The notes: a model not told the origin generated them from the sequence alone. 63,527 nt of DNA, filler included, from Octopus bimaculoides (GCF_001194135.2; 6 parts of 5 records of this genome joined end to end with filler, not necessarily neighbours in it); one strand, 5' to 3'; positions 49,205 to 61,347 are shown, counted from the first letter of the whole stretch. Numbers and translations are program-made.

Positions 49205-50426
49205 TGTATGTATATAAACTCATACTTTATAGCTTAATTTTTCTTAACGAAAATCTCAATGCGCCTTCCTCCACCTCGCCCACCCATCACCTACCAGCTT
49301 TCAAAAAGCTAAAATCTCCCAATCTTTCACTTTTGCTTGATGTTTCCCGCATGCGTAGAATTCTACTGGAATAGTAGACGTAAAAAACATCAGACCACCA
49401 CCGGAAAACCCGACATGCTAGAAACGACAGGTAAACGACATTACCTCTGCAGAAACTACCCTGTTTCCCAAAAAGCTAAAAGTGAAACATTGGGAGTATG
49501 TAGATTTTTGCAAGTGGTGAGCTGATGGGTAACATTCTTAAAGATTCGTTCTCTCTGTTTTTTCTCCATGTATTACCAAGAATAAAAATTTGTAAAAAGT
49601 AAAAATGAATTAGGTGTGGAGAGAGAGAAAATTAAAATATCGAGAACGTATTTTGTGTGTGAAATCCTAATCCCCTGTATCGCAAACATTGGAATCGGAA
49701 GAAAATTAGGAAAAAAAGAGTGGGGACGGAGATGTCACATCGGACATGCTATTAAGAAGAGATAAACGACAGGATTTCTGGGAAAACTTCCTTTTAAGTT
49801 TAAATCGAAGATCAGGTTTTCAAATCAGCTCATTTGGAACACAAATGACACAATAGAAAAATATCATTTCAACTGGATTTAAACTGCAAGAAATAACATA
49901 ATTCGCATAGAAGTTTTACATAGCGTGTGTGTATGTGTATCAAAGGAAGTCATTTTATGATAATCTTTCGTTTGAAGAAGCAAAGTTGTCAACTCGACAT
50001 ATATGGGATGATATGATTGTTCGTTAATTTCTGTAAAATTGTTTAAATTTCTGTAAGCTTTGAAGAGAGCAGAAATTGAAAGAGAGGATAAAGTGAAACG
50101 GTAACGCTTGCTTTGAAGTGAGAGGAGAACGTAATAGAAAGGAGAAAGTGTAAGATGTACGTGTATATGAAATGGAAGTGTGTCTGAGAGCGAGGGAGTA
50201 TGAGAGAGTGAGTGAAGGTGTGTGTTGTGATGTATATTTTTTTGCATCTATGTGTAAGTGGCACTCACTCTCTCTCTCTCTCTCTCACGCACAAAGACAC
50301 ACATTATCATTCTTACTCACATACATAGCAAAAGTAAAGAATACGGGATTGCGTATTCTTTACCTTCGCCCATAAATGCATATGCATACATCTTATTTTG
50401 TGCGAGAAAGATAGATAGATATAGAT

Positions 50427-50486
<60 letters not shown>

Positions 50487-52142
50487 TGTGTATGTGTGTC
50501 TGTATCTGACTGCATTTCTTCATAACATGGAAAATGGATGTTTTTTAATGCAATTTTTTTGTTGTGGCTTATTTTAATACAATAATTATGCGTACATTTT
50601 CATAAATATTTGTCTGCGTAGAATTCTTCACATACTTGAAACATCGGACGAAAGTGAAACATTAGAAGCAAGTCGAAATATTGTCCGTATATGATCTCAA
50701 TATTGTGCGACCAATTCTAGTTGCCGAGTTATAAAAAAAAGTTAAGTCAAAAACAGTTCATTTGGTAGATAGATAATAAGCGGCTTTCTCTATTATAATA
50801 CAGATGTGAGTAATTTGGAGAAACATTACTTCCATTATTCACACATCGACGCTCTCGTGATGCAACACTTTGTAATTTTGGTTCAAATTGAAATTGTGAA
50901 ACTATTTTCATTTTTTAACGAAACCTGGTCCTTGTAGAGAAGTGTATTTGAAATAACTATAGCTGGTTGTTTCGATAATGTGAAAAAATATGTAAATGAA
51001 AATAAAGCTTAATTGGCATTTGTAATTGATTTGATTGTTCTGGTCTTAATATCAATTGGTAAGAATATGTCATTTGACGTTGGCGACACTCTTTTGTTTG
51101 TAATTGGCTACCCTGTTGCAGGATGAAACCGTGGAATATTGAAATGATACCCACTTTGTCCATTCCACAGAATAGGAGTATACTGGAGAGCGTGACAAGA
51201 GGGATGAGTCTGTAAAACACATTTAAGGTTGTTATCTCAAAAACGAATGATTTTCATGGGAATCCCCAACCATAAGGATGGCTACTTCATCAGATATGGG
51301 CTCATCAAAACAGCGTAAAATGTTCTTTAATATAGTTTACTCTTGACGTAACAAACGCAGAAACGCACACACAAACACAAACACATTGAATTGATAACAT
51401 TGAAAACAGAAAAAAATGTACACACACAAAGTTCAAGCGAAACGAAATGTAGTCAATATAGGCAAGCATACATTCTGTAGCATAGTTATGCTATAAAAAA
51501 ATGGAAAGTCACCAATATAGAAAAAAGTTACTATGCATTACCAATGTAACAAAGTACAGAAAGTCAACATTTATTTGGAGCATGTACTAAATGTTATAAA
51601 ATTAAAGATTGACTATCACGATGAAGAAAGTGAAAGTCCAAGAAAATTCCGAAGGCATACAGAATGTTACATACATAAACTAAGACACACACGCTCACAC
51701 ACACATACATTAACGCACACCTGAAGTCTATCTCTGTCCCTTTGTGTGTCAGTCGTCACAAAAATGTATGTATACTGACAGACACATACACCATCACACA
51801 CATATGCTTCTCAGTCATCGCCCTAACGTAAGTAACGAACGCGCGAACTCACTCATATAGAAAACGTGACGCGATTATCGTTGTGGTGATATAAAATGTC
51901 GTTTACGTTAAGTGACTAAAAGAAAAATGACGATGTTGAATCTTTGTAATGCAAACTTGTGAATGAAAATATAGTTTACTTAGTAGCCAAAAGCCTACTG
52001 AATCTATTAATACCCCATGCGTCAAAATCGGCAACTCAGTTTTGGAATGCATGAGGAACATACGCACACACACACACATACACACACATACAAACTCTCT
52101 TTTACATGTATACTGAAATATTAGTACCATCCTGTGTCTAGG

Positions 52143-53115
52143 CATAAGCAAAATTTAGGTTAGTTAAAATATGTTTGTGACATATTTCAATTGCTAAAAG
52201 GGAAACTCACTGCAGTTACTGTAGAGAAAATATTTCTCTTATGATAAAAAGGTGTGAAAACTCTATTCGTTCAGTGTTGCCATCTGTCAGAAATCCAAGA
52301 CATTGATCTTTCAAGATAGCTGGCTTTCATCAACGGGAGGCATCTAGGAAACGCAACTCTGAATAAATCTTATAAAGCAATAGCTTTATGCAAAATACAG
52401 TTAACACTGTTGACTGATTTTCACTGGTAGATAGCCTGATCGTGGACAAGACCAAACGAAAAGCTAGCGTCAGTCAGTGTTTAGCCATAATCAAAATTTA
52501 GGTTAGTTAAAATATGTTTGTGACATATTGCAACTGCTAAAATCAAATTCACAGCAGTTACCCTAGGGAAAATATTTCTCTCATAGTAAAAGAAAGTATG
52601 AAAAGACCCTATTTGTTCAATATCGTCGCCTATGAAGAGTCCCAGACGTTGATGTTTAGAGCTACTTGGTTTTTATAAATGAGATGTACCAAAGAGATGC
52701 AACTCTGAACAAATATAATTCACTAGCTTAACATAAAATAAAATCCACAACGTCGGCTGATTTGCACTCGTAGATCCTCTGATCGTGGAAAAATTACGCC
52801 AAGCAGTGTTAAGGCATAAGCACACTTTAGGATTATTAAAATATGTTTGTGACATTTATTTTCTTTTTACTATAAGAAAAAAAACATTTTCTCTACGGTA
52901 GCAGCAGCGAATTTGCCTTTTAGCTGCTGAAATATGTCACAAACATATTTTAATTAACTAAAAGTTTGGTTATGCCTTGACACTGCTAGGTTGTAACATT
53001 TCGTTCTTTTCCTACGATCAGGCGACCTACCAGCGCATATCAGTCAGCAGTGTTGACTGTATTTCAAATACAGCATGATAAGATTTCTTCAGAGTTGATA
53101 AAAGTCAAGTAGCTT
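52143..53115. repeat. About 340-bp tandem units followed by an inverted copy (foldback array)
   Basis: CATAA(G/T)C..TTAAAATATGTTTGTGACAT starts at 52143, 52486 and 52815 (periods 343 and 329); reverse-complement copy at about 52880-53115. Confidence 0.8.
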
Positions 53116-53499
53116 GAAACATCGATATTTAGGGAAAAGAACCAAAGTTCATGAACTCATCCATGAAAATCCAGTCTCATATAGAAAAATTTAATAAATA
53201 CACTAAAAAGAACTATAAAAAATACAAAGTAACAATCATAAAATAATAAAATATGTATATATATATATATATATANNNNNNNNNNNNNNNNNNNNNNNNN
53301 NNNNNNNNNNNNNNNNNNNTTAATTAATTAANNNNNNNNNNNNNNNNNNNNNNNNNNNNNNNNNNNNNNNNNNNNCCAAGAAATTTGGAATTGTGTAAAT
53401 GTATGAATTTTAAACATATACACATGCAGAAAATCTGCCTTTTATAGGTAAGATACATATTATTATATGATTGAATGCCATGCATCCTCTTCCAAGTAA

Positions 53500-53536
<37 letters not shown>

Positions 53537-53715
53537 GTATATATCTATATCAATATGTGGTGTTGACACCGCTGGTTTGAATGGTACTGCCCAGGTGTCA
53601 AAACCATAGTGATATCCATGGGGCTGCTGATGATGGAGATATGTTGGATTGTTGGTATGGCTGTGGAATAGTATTATAACATCCTTTTGATATATATATA
53701 TTAATGATGATGATT

Positions 53716-53748
<33 letters not shown>

Positions 53749-53782
53749 CGTATCTGTAAAAGTATGTGACACTTATTCAGTA

Positions 53783-53852
53783 GCCATGATAAAACTCCGA
53801 GTTTCGGATGCCGGGCTTGAAACCCACGCCGCCATTTCTTCAGTTATCTGGC
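53783..53852 (-). ncRNA. Type-I hammerhead ribozyme-like motif (left arm)
   Basis: Stem I GCCAGATAA/TTATC-a-TGGC (9 bp, 1 bulge); CTGAAGA (53843-53837); GAAA (53805-53802); near-palindromic stem III ACTC-G-GAGT; H17=U (53793); 10.1-11.1 is an A-C mismatch. Confidence 0.7.
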
Positions 53853-54103
53853 CATTGAAAATTCCTATGAAAATGACCGTTAAACAAAGGGAAATTACTG
53901 TGTGGTTGACCGTTATTAAGAGCTATAGACCGCTAAGTAAGGGGAGGGAGTAAAGGTAAGGGATTAAAAAAATCCATAGTTTTTGCATAAATGCACCAAT
54001 ACGTACATGCGCCTATATGAATATACTCAACCACCCTCGCTTGAAACACACACATGCTCACTCACTCATGTGAGCATGTATGTGTTCATAGGAATTTTCA
54101 ATG

Positions 54104-54173
54104 GCCAGATAACTGAAGAGATGGCGGCATGGGTTTACACCCCGGCAGCCTAAACTCAGAGTTTTATCATGGC
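54104..54173 (+). ncRNA. Type-I hammerhead ribozyme-like motif (right arm, G12U lesion)
   Basis: CTGAAGA at 54113-54119; G10.1-C11.1 pair present; TAAA instead of GAAA at 54151-54154; stem III ACTC-A-GAGT; same stem I as the left arm. Confidence 0.6.
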
Positions 54174-57099
54174 TACCGAATAAGTGTCACATATTTTTAC
54201 AGATAAATTCCTCTATTTACATAATATCACGGTCTCTTTCTTTCTTTTGTTGTCTTTTCTATCAATATATATATATATANNNNNNNNNNNNNNNNNNNNN
54301 NNNNNNNNNNNNNNNNNNNNNNNNNNNNNNNNNNNNNNNNNNNNNNNNNNNNNNNNNNNNNNNNNNNNNNNNNNNNNNNNNNNNNNNNNNNNNNNNNNNN
54401 NNNNNNNNNNNNNNNNNNNNNNNNNNNNNNNNNNNNNNNNNNNNNNNNNNNNNNNNNNNNNNNNNNNNNNNNNNNNNNNNNNNNNNNNNNNNNNNNNNNN
54501 NNNNNNNNNNNNNNNNNNNNNNNNNNNNNNNNNNNNNNNNNNNNNNNNNNNNNNNNNNNNNNNNNNNNNNNNNNNNNNNNNNNNNNNNNNNNNNNNNNNN
54601 NNNNNNNNNNNNNNNNNNNNNNNNNNNNNNNNNNNNNNNNNNNNNNNNNNNNNNNNNNNNNNNNNNNNNNNNNNNNNNNNNNNNNNNNNNNNNNNNNNNN
54701 NNNNNNNNNNNNNNNNNNNNNNNNNNNNNNNNNNNNNNNNNNNNNNNNNNNNNNNNNNNNNNNNNNNNNNNNNNNNNNNNNNNNNNNNNNNNNNNNNNNN
54801 NNNNNNNNNNNNNNNNNNNNNNNNNNNNNNNNNNNNNNNNNNNNNNNNNNNNNNNNNNNNNNNNNNNNNNNNNNNNNNNNNNNNNNNNNNNNNNNNNNNN
54901 NNNNNNNNNNNNNNNNNNNNNNNNNNNNNNNNNNNNNNNNNNNNNNNNNNNNNNNNNNNNNNNNNNNNNNNNNNNNNNNNNNNNNNNNNNNNNNNNNNNN
55001 NNNNNNNNNNNNNNNNNNNNNNNNNNNNNNNNNNNNNNNNNNNNNNNNNNNNNNNNNNNNNNNNNNNNNNNNNNNNNNNNNNNNNNNNNNNNNNNNNNNN
55101 NNNNNNNNNNNNNNNNNNNNNNNNNNNNNNNNNNNNNNNNNNNNNNNNNNNNNNNNNNNNNNNNNNNNNNNNNNNNNNNNNNNNNNNNNNNNNNNNNNNN
55201 NNNNNNNNNNNNNNNNNNNNNNNNNNNNNNNNNNNNNNNNNNNNNNNNNNNNNNNNNNNNNNNNNNNNNNNCGGTAAAACCATTTATCATCATAAATATA
55301 CAGGGATTAGCATTGAGTTGCTTCTCCAACAGACACGCATACAATCACACACACATGGGCATAAACAACACACGCATATACAATAGCAAACGCACGCACA
55401 CACACGTACACAGCAACGCACATACACATACACACAAACACACACGCACGCACAGAAAACATACACATACACACACGCGCACATACAAAATACACACACA
55501 CACACGTACACGTACCCAACACCTGCAACCCCACACAAACACGAACACACACACACTCAAATAACGACCTGTTGACCTTCTACCCACACTGTCTATAGCG
55601 TCCACTAACCAGTCCTNNNNNNNNNNNNNNNNNNNNNNNNNNNNNNNNNNNNNNNNNNNNTTAATTAATTAANNNNNNNNNNNNNNNNNNNNNNNNNNNN
55701 NNNNNNNNNNNNNNNNATGAGTCTTCAAAGAAAGTTGCTCTCCTAAATTCTAAAATATAATTTAGGAATTATGGAGGGTCAAAGTTGGGAACAAAAAAAA
55801 TGACAGCGGAGAAATACAAGGAAACCGAACGAAAACAAACAAGGAGTGCCGTTAGACCAGAACGAGAGGAAAATAGTGAACGCTGGGAGAAACATGTTTT
55901 TAAAGAGAAAAGATCCTTCTCTCCTATCTTTTCTCTTTTCAAAAAATAATAAACCTGCCTGAGAACTACGTTAAAGGTACGCGTGTATGTGGAGTGATCA
56001 GGTACTTGCACGTTAATTTCACGAGCAGACTGTTCCGTTGATCGGATCGACTGGAACATGCGTCGACGTAACCGACGAAGTGTCAGCTTTTTTACGTGTG
56101 TATGTATGTAAGCATGCATGTATGTACGTATGTATCCATGTATGCATGCAGGCATATATGTATACACGTATGCATATATGTATGTATGTATGTATGCATG
56201 TATGTATGCATGTATGCATACATGTAAGCATGTATGCATGCATGCATACGTAGCAGAACGGATTGACAAAATGTAACCATTGTTCTGATTGGTTATTTTC
56301 TAGGTGCAAATTGTTCCCTAAACAATTGCGCCTACTTACACGGTCAACTAATCAGAGGCGCTAAAATGGATCACGTGTTCTCTTGGCGGATAAACATTCA
56401 CCAACTTCTGGAAACCTCCTATTCTCTTTAAGAAGGACAATTTTTTGCAGTTCTATGTCTTTGGCACGCGCCACTGACCACACATGCATCTCATCTCCAA
56501 CAAAGATGTCCTGACACTAGCCAGTCTCCGCTCTCATCATCTCCACCAGACGCCTGTCTACATCATTGCAGTAGGAAGATCTCACGACCACAGACCAAAC
56601 AGCGCTTCTACACGATATCAACAGTCCAGCCTAACTACGAAGTTCTCTCATATCTATGTAATAACCTGTTATGTTATGTTGATTCACGTATGGCAATAAT
56701 TGCATTTTATAACAGAGAACAGAGCGTCGCTTACCAATTCATTTCATTTCAAGTTGTATATATGTAAGTACGACCGTGCGAACCAAAAGGAGAAATGGTG
56801 ACGAATGGAAAAACAGGCTCCTTTATTAAACGCGTCACACGGTCGAACACAAAAATATAAAATGATAAATATGTTATACTTCGATAACATAGAGAACTTA
56901 GAAATGCCAGTAAGGAAGACGATATTGACACAACCGATAGAGAGAAATAACAGTAAGATTTATTGGAGCATTAAACTGTATGTCTGTCTGTGTGTGAATG
57001 CGACATAATAAAACACATTAAAGACAGGCCGTCATGTAAACAAAAGAGTGTGTGCAAGTAATACATGTATGTGAATGCGTGAGATACAGCGGATAGAAA

Positions 57100-57778
57100 A
57101 GAGTCAGTAACACGGATAAGAATTTAAGATACCAGTTCTTTGTTAGAGTACACAGTGGTAAGTGTCTGTATATAAGAAGTTAAGGCGTGTGGGGCAGAGC
57201 GATCACTCGTCGTGATGTTAGGGCTTCTATGCCAAGCCGGGTTGAATACAGATGTTCTTCGCAGGCTAAATTCTTGGCTATTATTTTTCGTGGCGAAGCG
57301 ATTAACACAAACAGGGTCGAAGAGAAGTGCTGCGGTTAGCTGTTGGTAGCTTGTGTACGTGTAGAGTCATGTTGACGCTGGCGGCGATGCTGGTAGTACG
57401 TAGAGTCGTGTTGACGCTGGCGACGATGCTGGTAGTCGTAGTTGGATGATGGTGTCGATGTCGTCGCTGGAACTGGCTGGTTGTGTTACGCGTGTGTGGC
57501 CGGCGGCCAGATCTAAGAGATCTGGGGCGCGACGACTTGGCGGGTATAATTTAGTCTATTTATAGCTGAAGGTAGGCTCCAGAGAAGCATTAGAAAAACA
57601 CTATCACGTGACCTTATTAGGGGCTATGGTTGGTCAGTTTGCGTCCTGGGGCGAACGGGTGGAGATAATTTACCCGCGCAAAGAATAGTCAGTCACGTGA
57701 TGGATACAGCATGCTGCTCTCTGCTACGCCCGAACTTGTTAATATTTATACTAGTGGGAAAGAGTGGTGTTCACTACA
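57100..57778 (-). mobile_element. GC/CpG-rich LTR-like block (possible solo LTR)
   Basis: Minus strand starts TGTAGTG at 57778; TCACGTGA at 57604 and 57693; TATAAATA (minus) at 57564-57557; two 39-bp tandem units at 57361 and 57400. The other terminus and TSD were not found. Confidence 0.45.
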
Positions 57779-58153
57779 TATATATCTCATTCTAACACAT
57801 TATCCTCATTAACCAACTTCATTATAAGTGGTGACAGCGAGCTTAAATATCTTCGTCATACATGTATGCATGCATACATGTATGTATATATGTATGCATG
57901 CATGCATGCATGTATGTATGTATGTATGTATGTATGTATGTATGTATGTATGTATGTATGACTGCCAGTTCAACCACATATATTTTATTTCGCCCGAACA
58001 ATTTCTCATCGCTTTACTAAATAGCATTAAATGGTCTATTACTCAGGAATTGGGTTGAGGTGTGTATGGGAGGGGGAATTTCTGTTTTCAGCGTCCTAAA
58101 TTAAGACTAATGAGTTTTTATAATAGTTGTTTTCTAGACAATGATGTTTATAG

Positions 58154-58254
58154 AAATGCAATTCTAAACAACGGTGTTATGGAGTTATTGGGAAACCCAT
58201 TTCTGGCAGTATGGCAAACACAGTTCAGGTTTGTGAGACCCAAATTAGGAACGT
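58154..58254 (+). CDS. Candidate upstream exon of the CFAP45-like gene (boundaries uncertain)
   Basis: After TTTATAG it reads KCNSKQRCYGVIGKPISGSMANTVQVCETQIRN, loosely like the ETIQLITRDMVREL segment of CFAP45. It ends in phase 2 as the next exon requires, but the donor GTTTGG is weak. Confidence 0.3.
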
Positions 58255-58915
58255 GTTTGGGATTAAGGAAGTTATACAAGCGTTGGTTGTATAGCGCCAT
58301 ATTAATAGGATGTGCGTGTAATGTTTACTCACGATTCTTGTGAACTCAGGACACCAAACACTGAGATTGTTGGATGGATGACAATCAAAAAAATCTCGAA
58401 TAATTGCTGCTACACACATTCATACGTAATTACAGTAGTTAAACCTGTAATCGAAAAGTAAGTAAGTTCTGTATGATTATGCAGACGTGAACAATTTTCC
58501 ACAAATGGTTTCAATACGGTTTTGGCGAAGGGATTTGGAAGAGTTGGATGAAGGTTCTCCAGTGGTTTTCTTTCATATCAACTAAATAGGTTAATGTAAA
58601 GATTGACTTCCGTTAACGAAAACAAACAAAAAGCAACCTCCAGGGTGTTAAAACTGTAAGAAACGAATATGAAAAAAAATATTTGCGCAAACGAACGTGT
58701 GGTGGTAGTGTGTGTGTGNNNNNNNNNNNNNNNNNNNNNNNNNNNNNNNNNNNNNNNNNNNNTTAATTAATTAANNNNNNNNNNNNNNNNNNNNNNNNNN
58801 NNNNNNNNNNNNNNNNNNATAAAGTACCAGTAAAATACTAGGGTCGGTTTAATCGACCAGCCTCCCTATCCCCAAATTTTCGGTCTTATTCCTTTAGTAG
58901 AAAGAATCATTAAAC

Positions 58916-58970
<55 letters not shown>

Positions 58971-58971
<1 letters not shown>

Positions 58972-59701
58972 GGGTGTCATATCTTTGGTTTTGTACAAAG
59001 TATTGTTCTAGAGAATATTTAAGTAAACAAAAAATTTATGAGTTTGTTTTAGACTTTGAGATTACATAGACAGTATTTTACGTAGGATATGGGCAGTTCC
59101 CATGAGCACTATCTTTTGAATTTCTGCCATTTTGGGGTTTCCTAGTATCTGAGCTAGGTAGCAATCAACCCCTTTTGCTATCATTCCATGGGCACCTATG
59201 ACAACAAGTATTGTTTTAGTATTGAGGTTCTACATTTTGCCAATTTCTATTTCAAAATCTTTATACTTGCTCAGTTTTTGGTAGGTCATGACAAATACGT
59301 TTATATCGATTGGGACAGTCATATCGATGAGGAGGCATGATTTTTGTCTGAAGTCTTTGAATATAATACCTGGCCTATTCGCATCTATCTTTCTGCCATT
59401 TTGAATGGTGAAGTTCCAGAGGAGTGAGATATGATCATTTTCAAGCACTGGAGATGGTTTGTGCTCCCACCAGTTTTTATCATGGGACAGGTCCAGGTTT
59501 TTGCAAATTACTCAGTGAATATATTGTGCTGCTCTATCATGCCTGTTGAGATACTCTGCAGGCGCAAGAAGACTGCACATGGGGACAAGATGATCAATGG
59601 TTTCATTTTGTTGTTTACATACTCGACATGTTGGGTTACTGCCGTTCTTTAATATGTTGGCTTGGTAGGTTTCATGTAGGTAGGCATTGATCGTGGGCTG
59701 C

Positions 59702-59702
<1 letters not shown>
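58971..59702 (-). mobile_element. 5'-truncated Dong/R4-group retrotransposon inserted in (TAA)n
   Basis: IAAHDQCLPT..NPTCRVCKQQNETIDHLVPMC, LNRHDRAA, LLWNFTIQ..IDANRPGII..LLIDMTVP..KLSKY; (ATT)n at 58915-58970 and 59703-59770 directly flank it. Confidence 0.9.
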
Positions 59703-59756
<54 letters not shown>

Positions 59757-59773
59757 GTTATTTTATTATTCAG

Positions 59774-59915
59774 TATTCCTAGAAAACATGTTGAACGCCC
59801 TGCTATCACCCTGGACTCGGCGGAATATGAGCGAATCAAGGAGAACAGTAGAAACATGGCGGAAAAGCTGAAGATCGAAGAAGAGAGGCTGGTCAAAGAG
59901 CAGGAACTGAAGCTG
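59774..59915 (+). CDS. CFAP45: CFAP45/CCDC19-like cilia- and flagella-associated protein, internal exon A
   Basis: TTCAG acceptor and GTAAG donor, 142 nt. [26 protein letters not shown].. aligns from memory with the CFAP45 segment VPTEDPSGESLIISPEEFERIKWAS. Confidence 0.8.
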
Positions 59916-60312
59916 GTAAGATTGATTTGACAACACACACACACACACACACACGCACGCACATGCAAGCACACACACATTCACAGATTCGCACATACCC
60001 ACACACACGGACACACATGCACGCTTGCACGCACACACAGATGCGCACATACACACACACACACGGGCACACACATGCGCGCAGACACACGCGCACATAC
60101 ACACACATGCGCTTGCGTACACACATACACACAAACGGGGACACACGCACACGCATATGTAATATATATGTATATATATATATATATATATGTATCTTTA
60201 TTGTGAAATTTAAGTCTATATATGTATGTATGCGTGAGCCAGCGTACATGTATATATACACGACTGTTCCTAATTCAATTTAATTTAATTCAATTCAATC
60301 TTTGTTAATTAG

Positions 60313-60468
60313 GCCGGGGTTGCGGAGCGAAAGAAACACATGCAGAAATGTCAGGTCAAGATAGACTATGATTTACATGACGTCAGCGATAATAAGGCCA
60401 GTTCCATATTGACCGAAGCCAGTCAAAGGATTTTTGAAAGAGACATGGAAATCAAAATCTTCAATGAG
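60313..60468 (+). CDS. CFAP45: CFAP45-like, internal exon B
   Basis: TTAG acceptor and GTCAGT donor, 156 nt, phase 0-0; AGVAERKKHMQK..ASSILTEASQRIFERDMEIKIFNE. Confidence 0.82.
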
Positions 60469-60516
60469 GTCAGTAGAAACCATTTTGCTTTTTACTGTAT
60501 ATATATATACATGTAT

Positions 60517-60549
<33 letters not shown>

Positions 60550-60897
60550 TTTGTGTGTTTGTGTGTGTTTGTGTGTGTGTGTGTGTGTATGTGTGCGTGT
60601 GTGTATGTGTGTTAGTGTGAGAGTGCTTGTGTGTGTGTCAGTGTGTGTGTCAATGTGAATATGTGTGGGTGAGAGAGAGAGAGAGAAAGAGAGAGAAAGA
60701 GAGTGAGAAAGTGCGTGTGTGTCTGCCTGTCCTGACACCGTGTGATACTTGTAAATGGGTGTCACCGTTATATAAGCGGTGATTTTGTTTTGGTGATTGA
60801 TTGAACCACAGTAATCGTCTGATGATATTCTTGGGTGTTGATGACTAATTTTGACACTTATATCTTTTGATTACTGTAGTAGTAGTAGTAGTAGTAA

Positions 60898-60945
<48 letters not shown>

Positions 60946-61347
60946 CAGCAGCAGCAGCAGCTCCCCTTCCACCCACCAAAAGCATCACGCTCTGATCGTC
61001 ACAAGGCGATTCACAGACGCGGCCTAATTTCTTGCCCATTGGCGTTTTGTCATCCCTCTCTCTGCCACTCAATATCGCGTCCATGAAAAGGGCCATGCTC
61101 TGTTTGGTTATAAAGTCACCCACAGACACACTCTAATTTCTTGCCCGCTCTGACTTTTACACGCTGAATCTCCCAAAGAACTATCTTCAGGGTACACATA
61201 TATGTGGAGGGCTTAACTACATGCACGTTACTTTCACGAGCAGGCTGTTCCGTTAATCGGATCAGCTGGAACCCATGTTTTGTAAGCGACGGATTTTTTT
61301 TTACTCAAAGCCACACTCTTAATCTCTGTCCGTTGTTATTCTTGCAG

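Larger units (their letters stand above)
53751..54205. mobile_element. 455-bp element with 121-bp inverted arms, each holding an outward-facing hammerhead motif
   Basis: Arms 53751-53871 and 54085-54205 match 111/121 with no indels; 213-bp spacer; (TA)n nearby on both sides. Confidence 0.85.

Noticed and set aside
51245-51300. CTGATGA..GAAA on the minus strand
   Set aside because: Stem I and stem II have at most 2 bp; treated as a chance match, like those at 21208, 23336 and 53086.
55769-55945. Purine-rich open frame (NYGGSKLGTKKMTAEKYKETERK..) after TTTAG as a CFAP45-like 5' exon
   Set aside because: No convincing donor site or family similarity, and it abuts a gap; cannot be supported.
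25175-58774. Five identical TTAATTAATTAA motifs that could look like a regularly repeated regulatory or spacer element
   Set aside because: Each is centred in exactly N44..N44 and has stops in six frames: an artificial gap linker.
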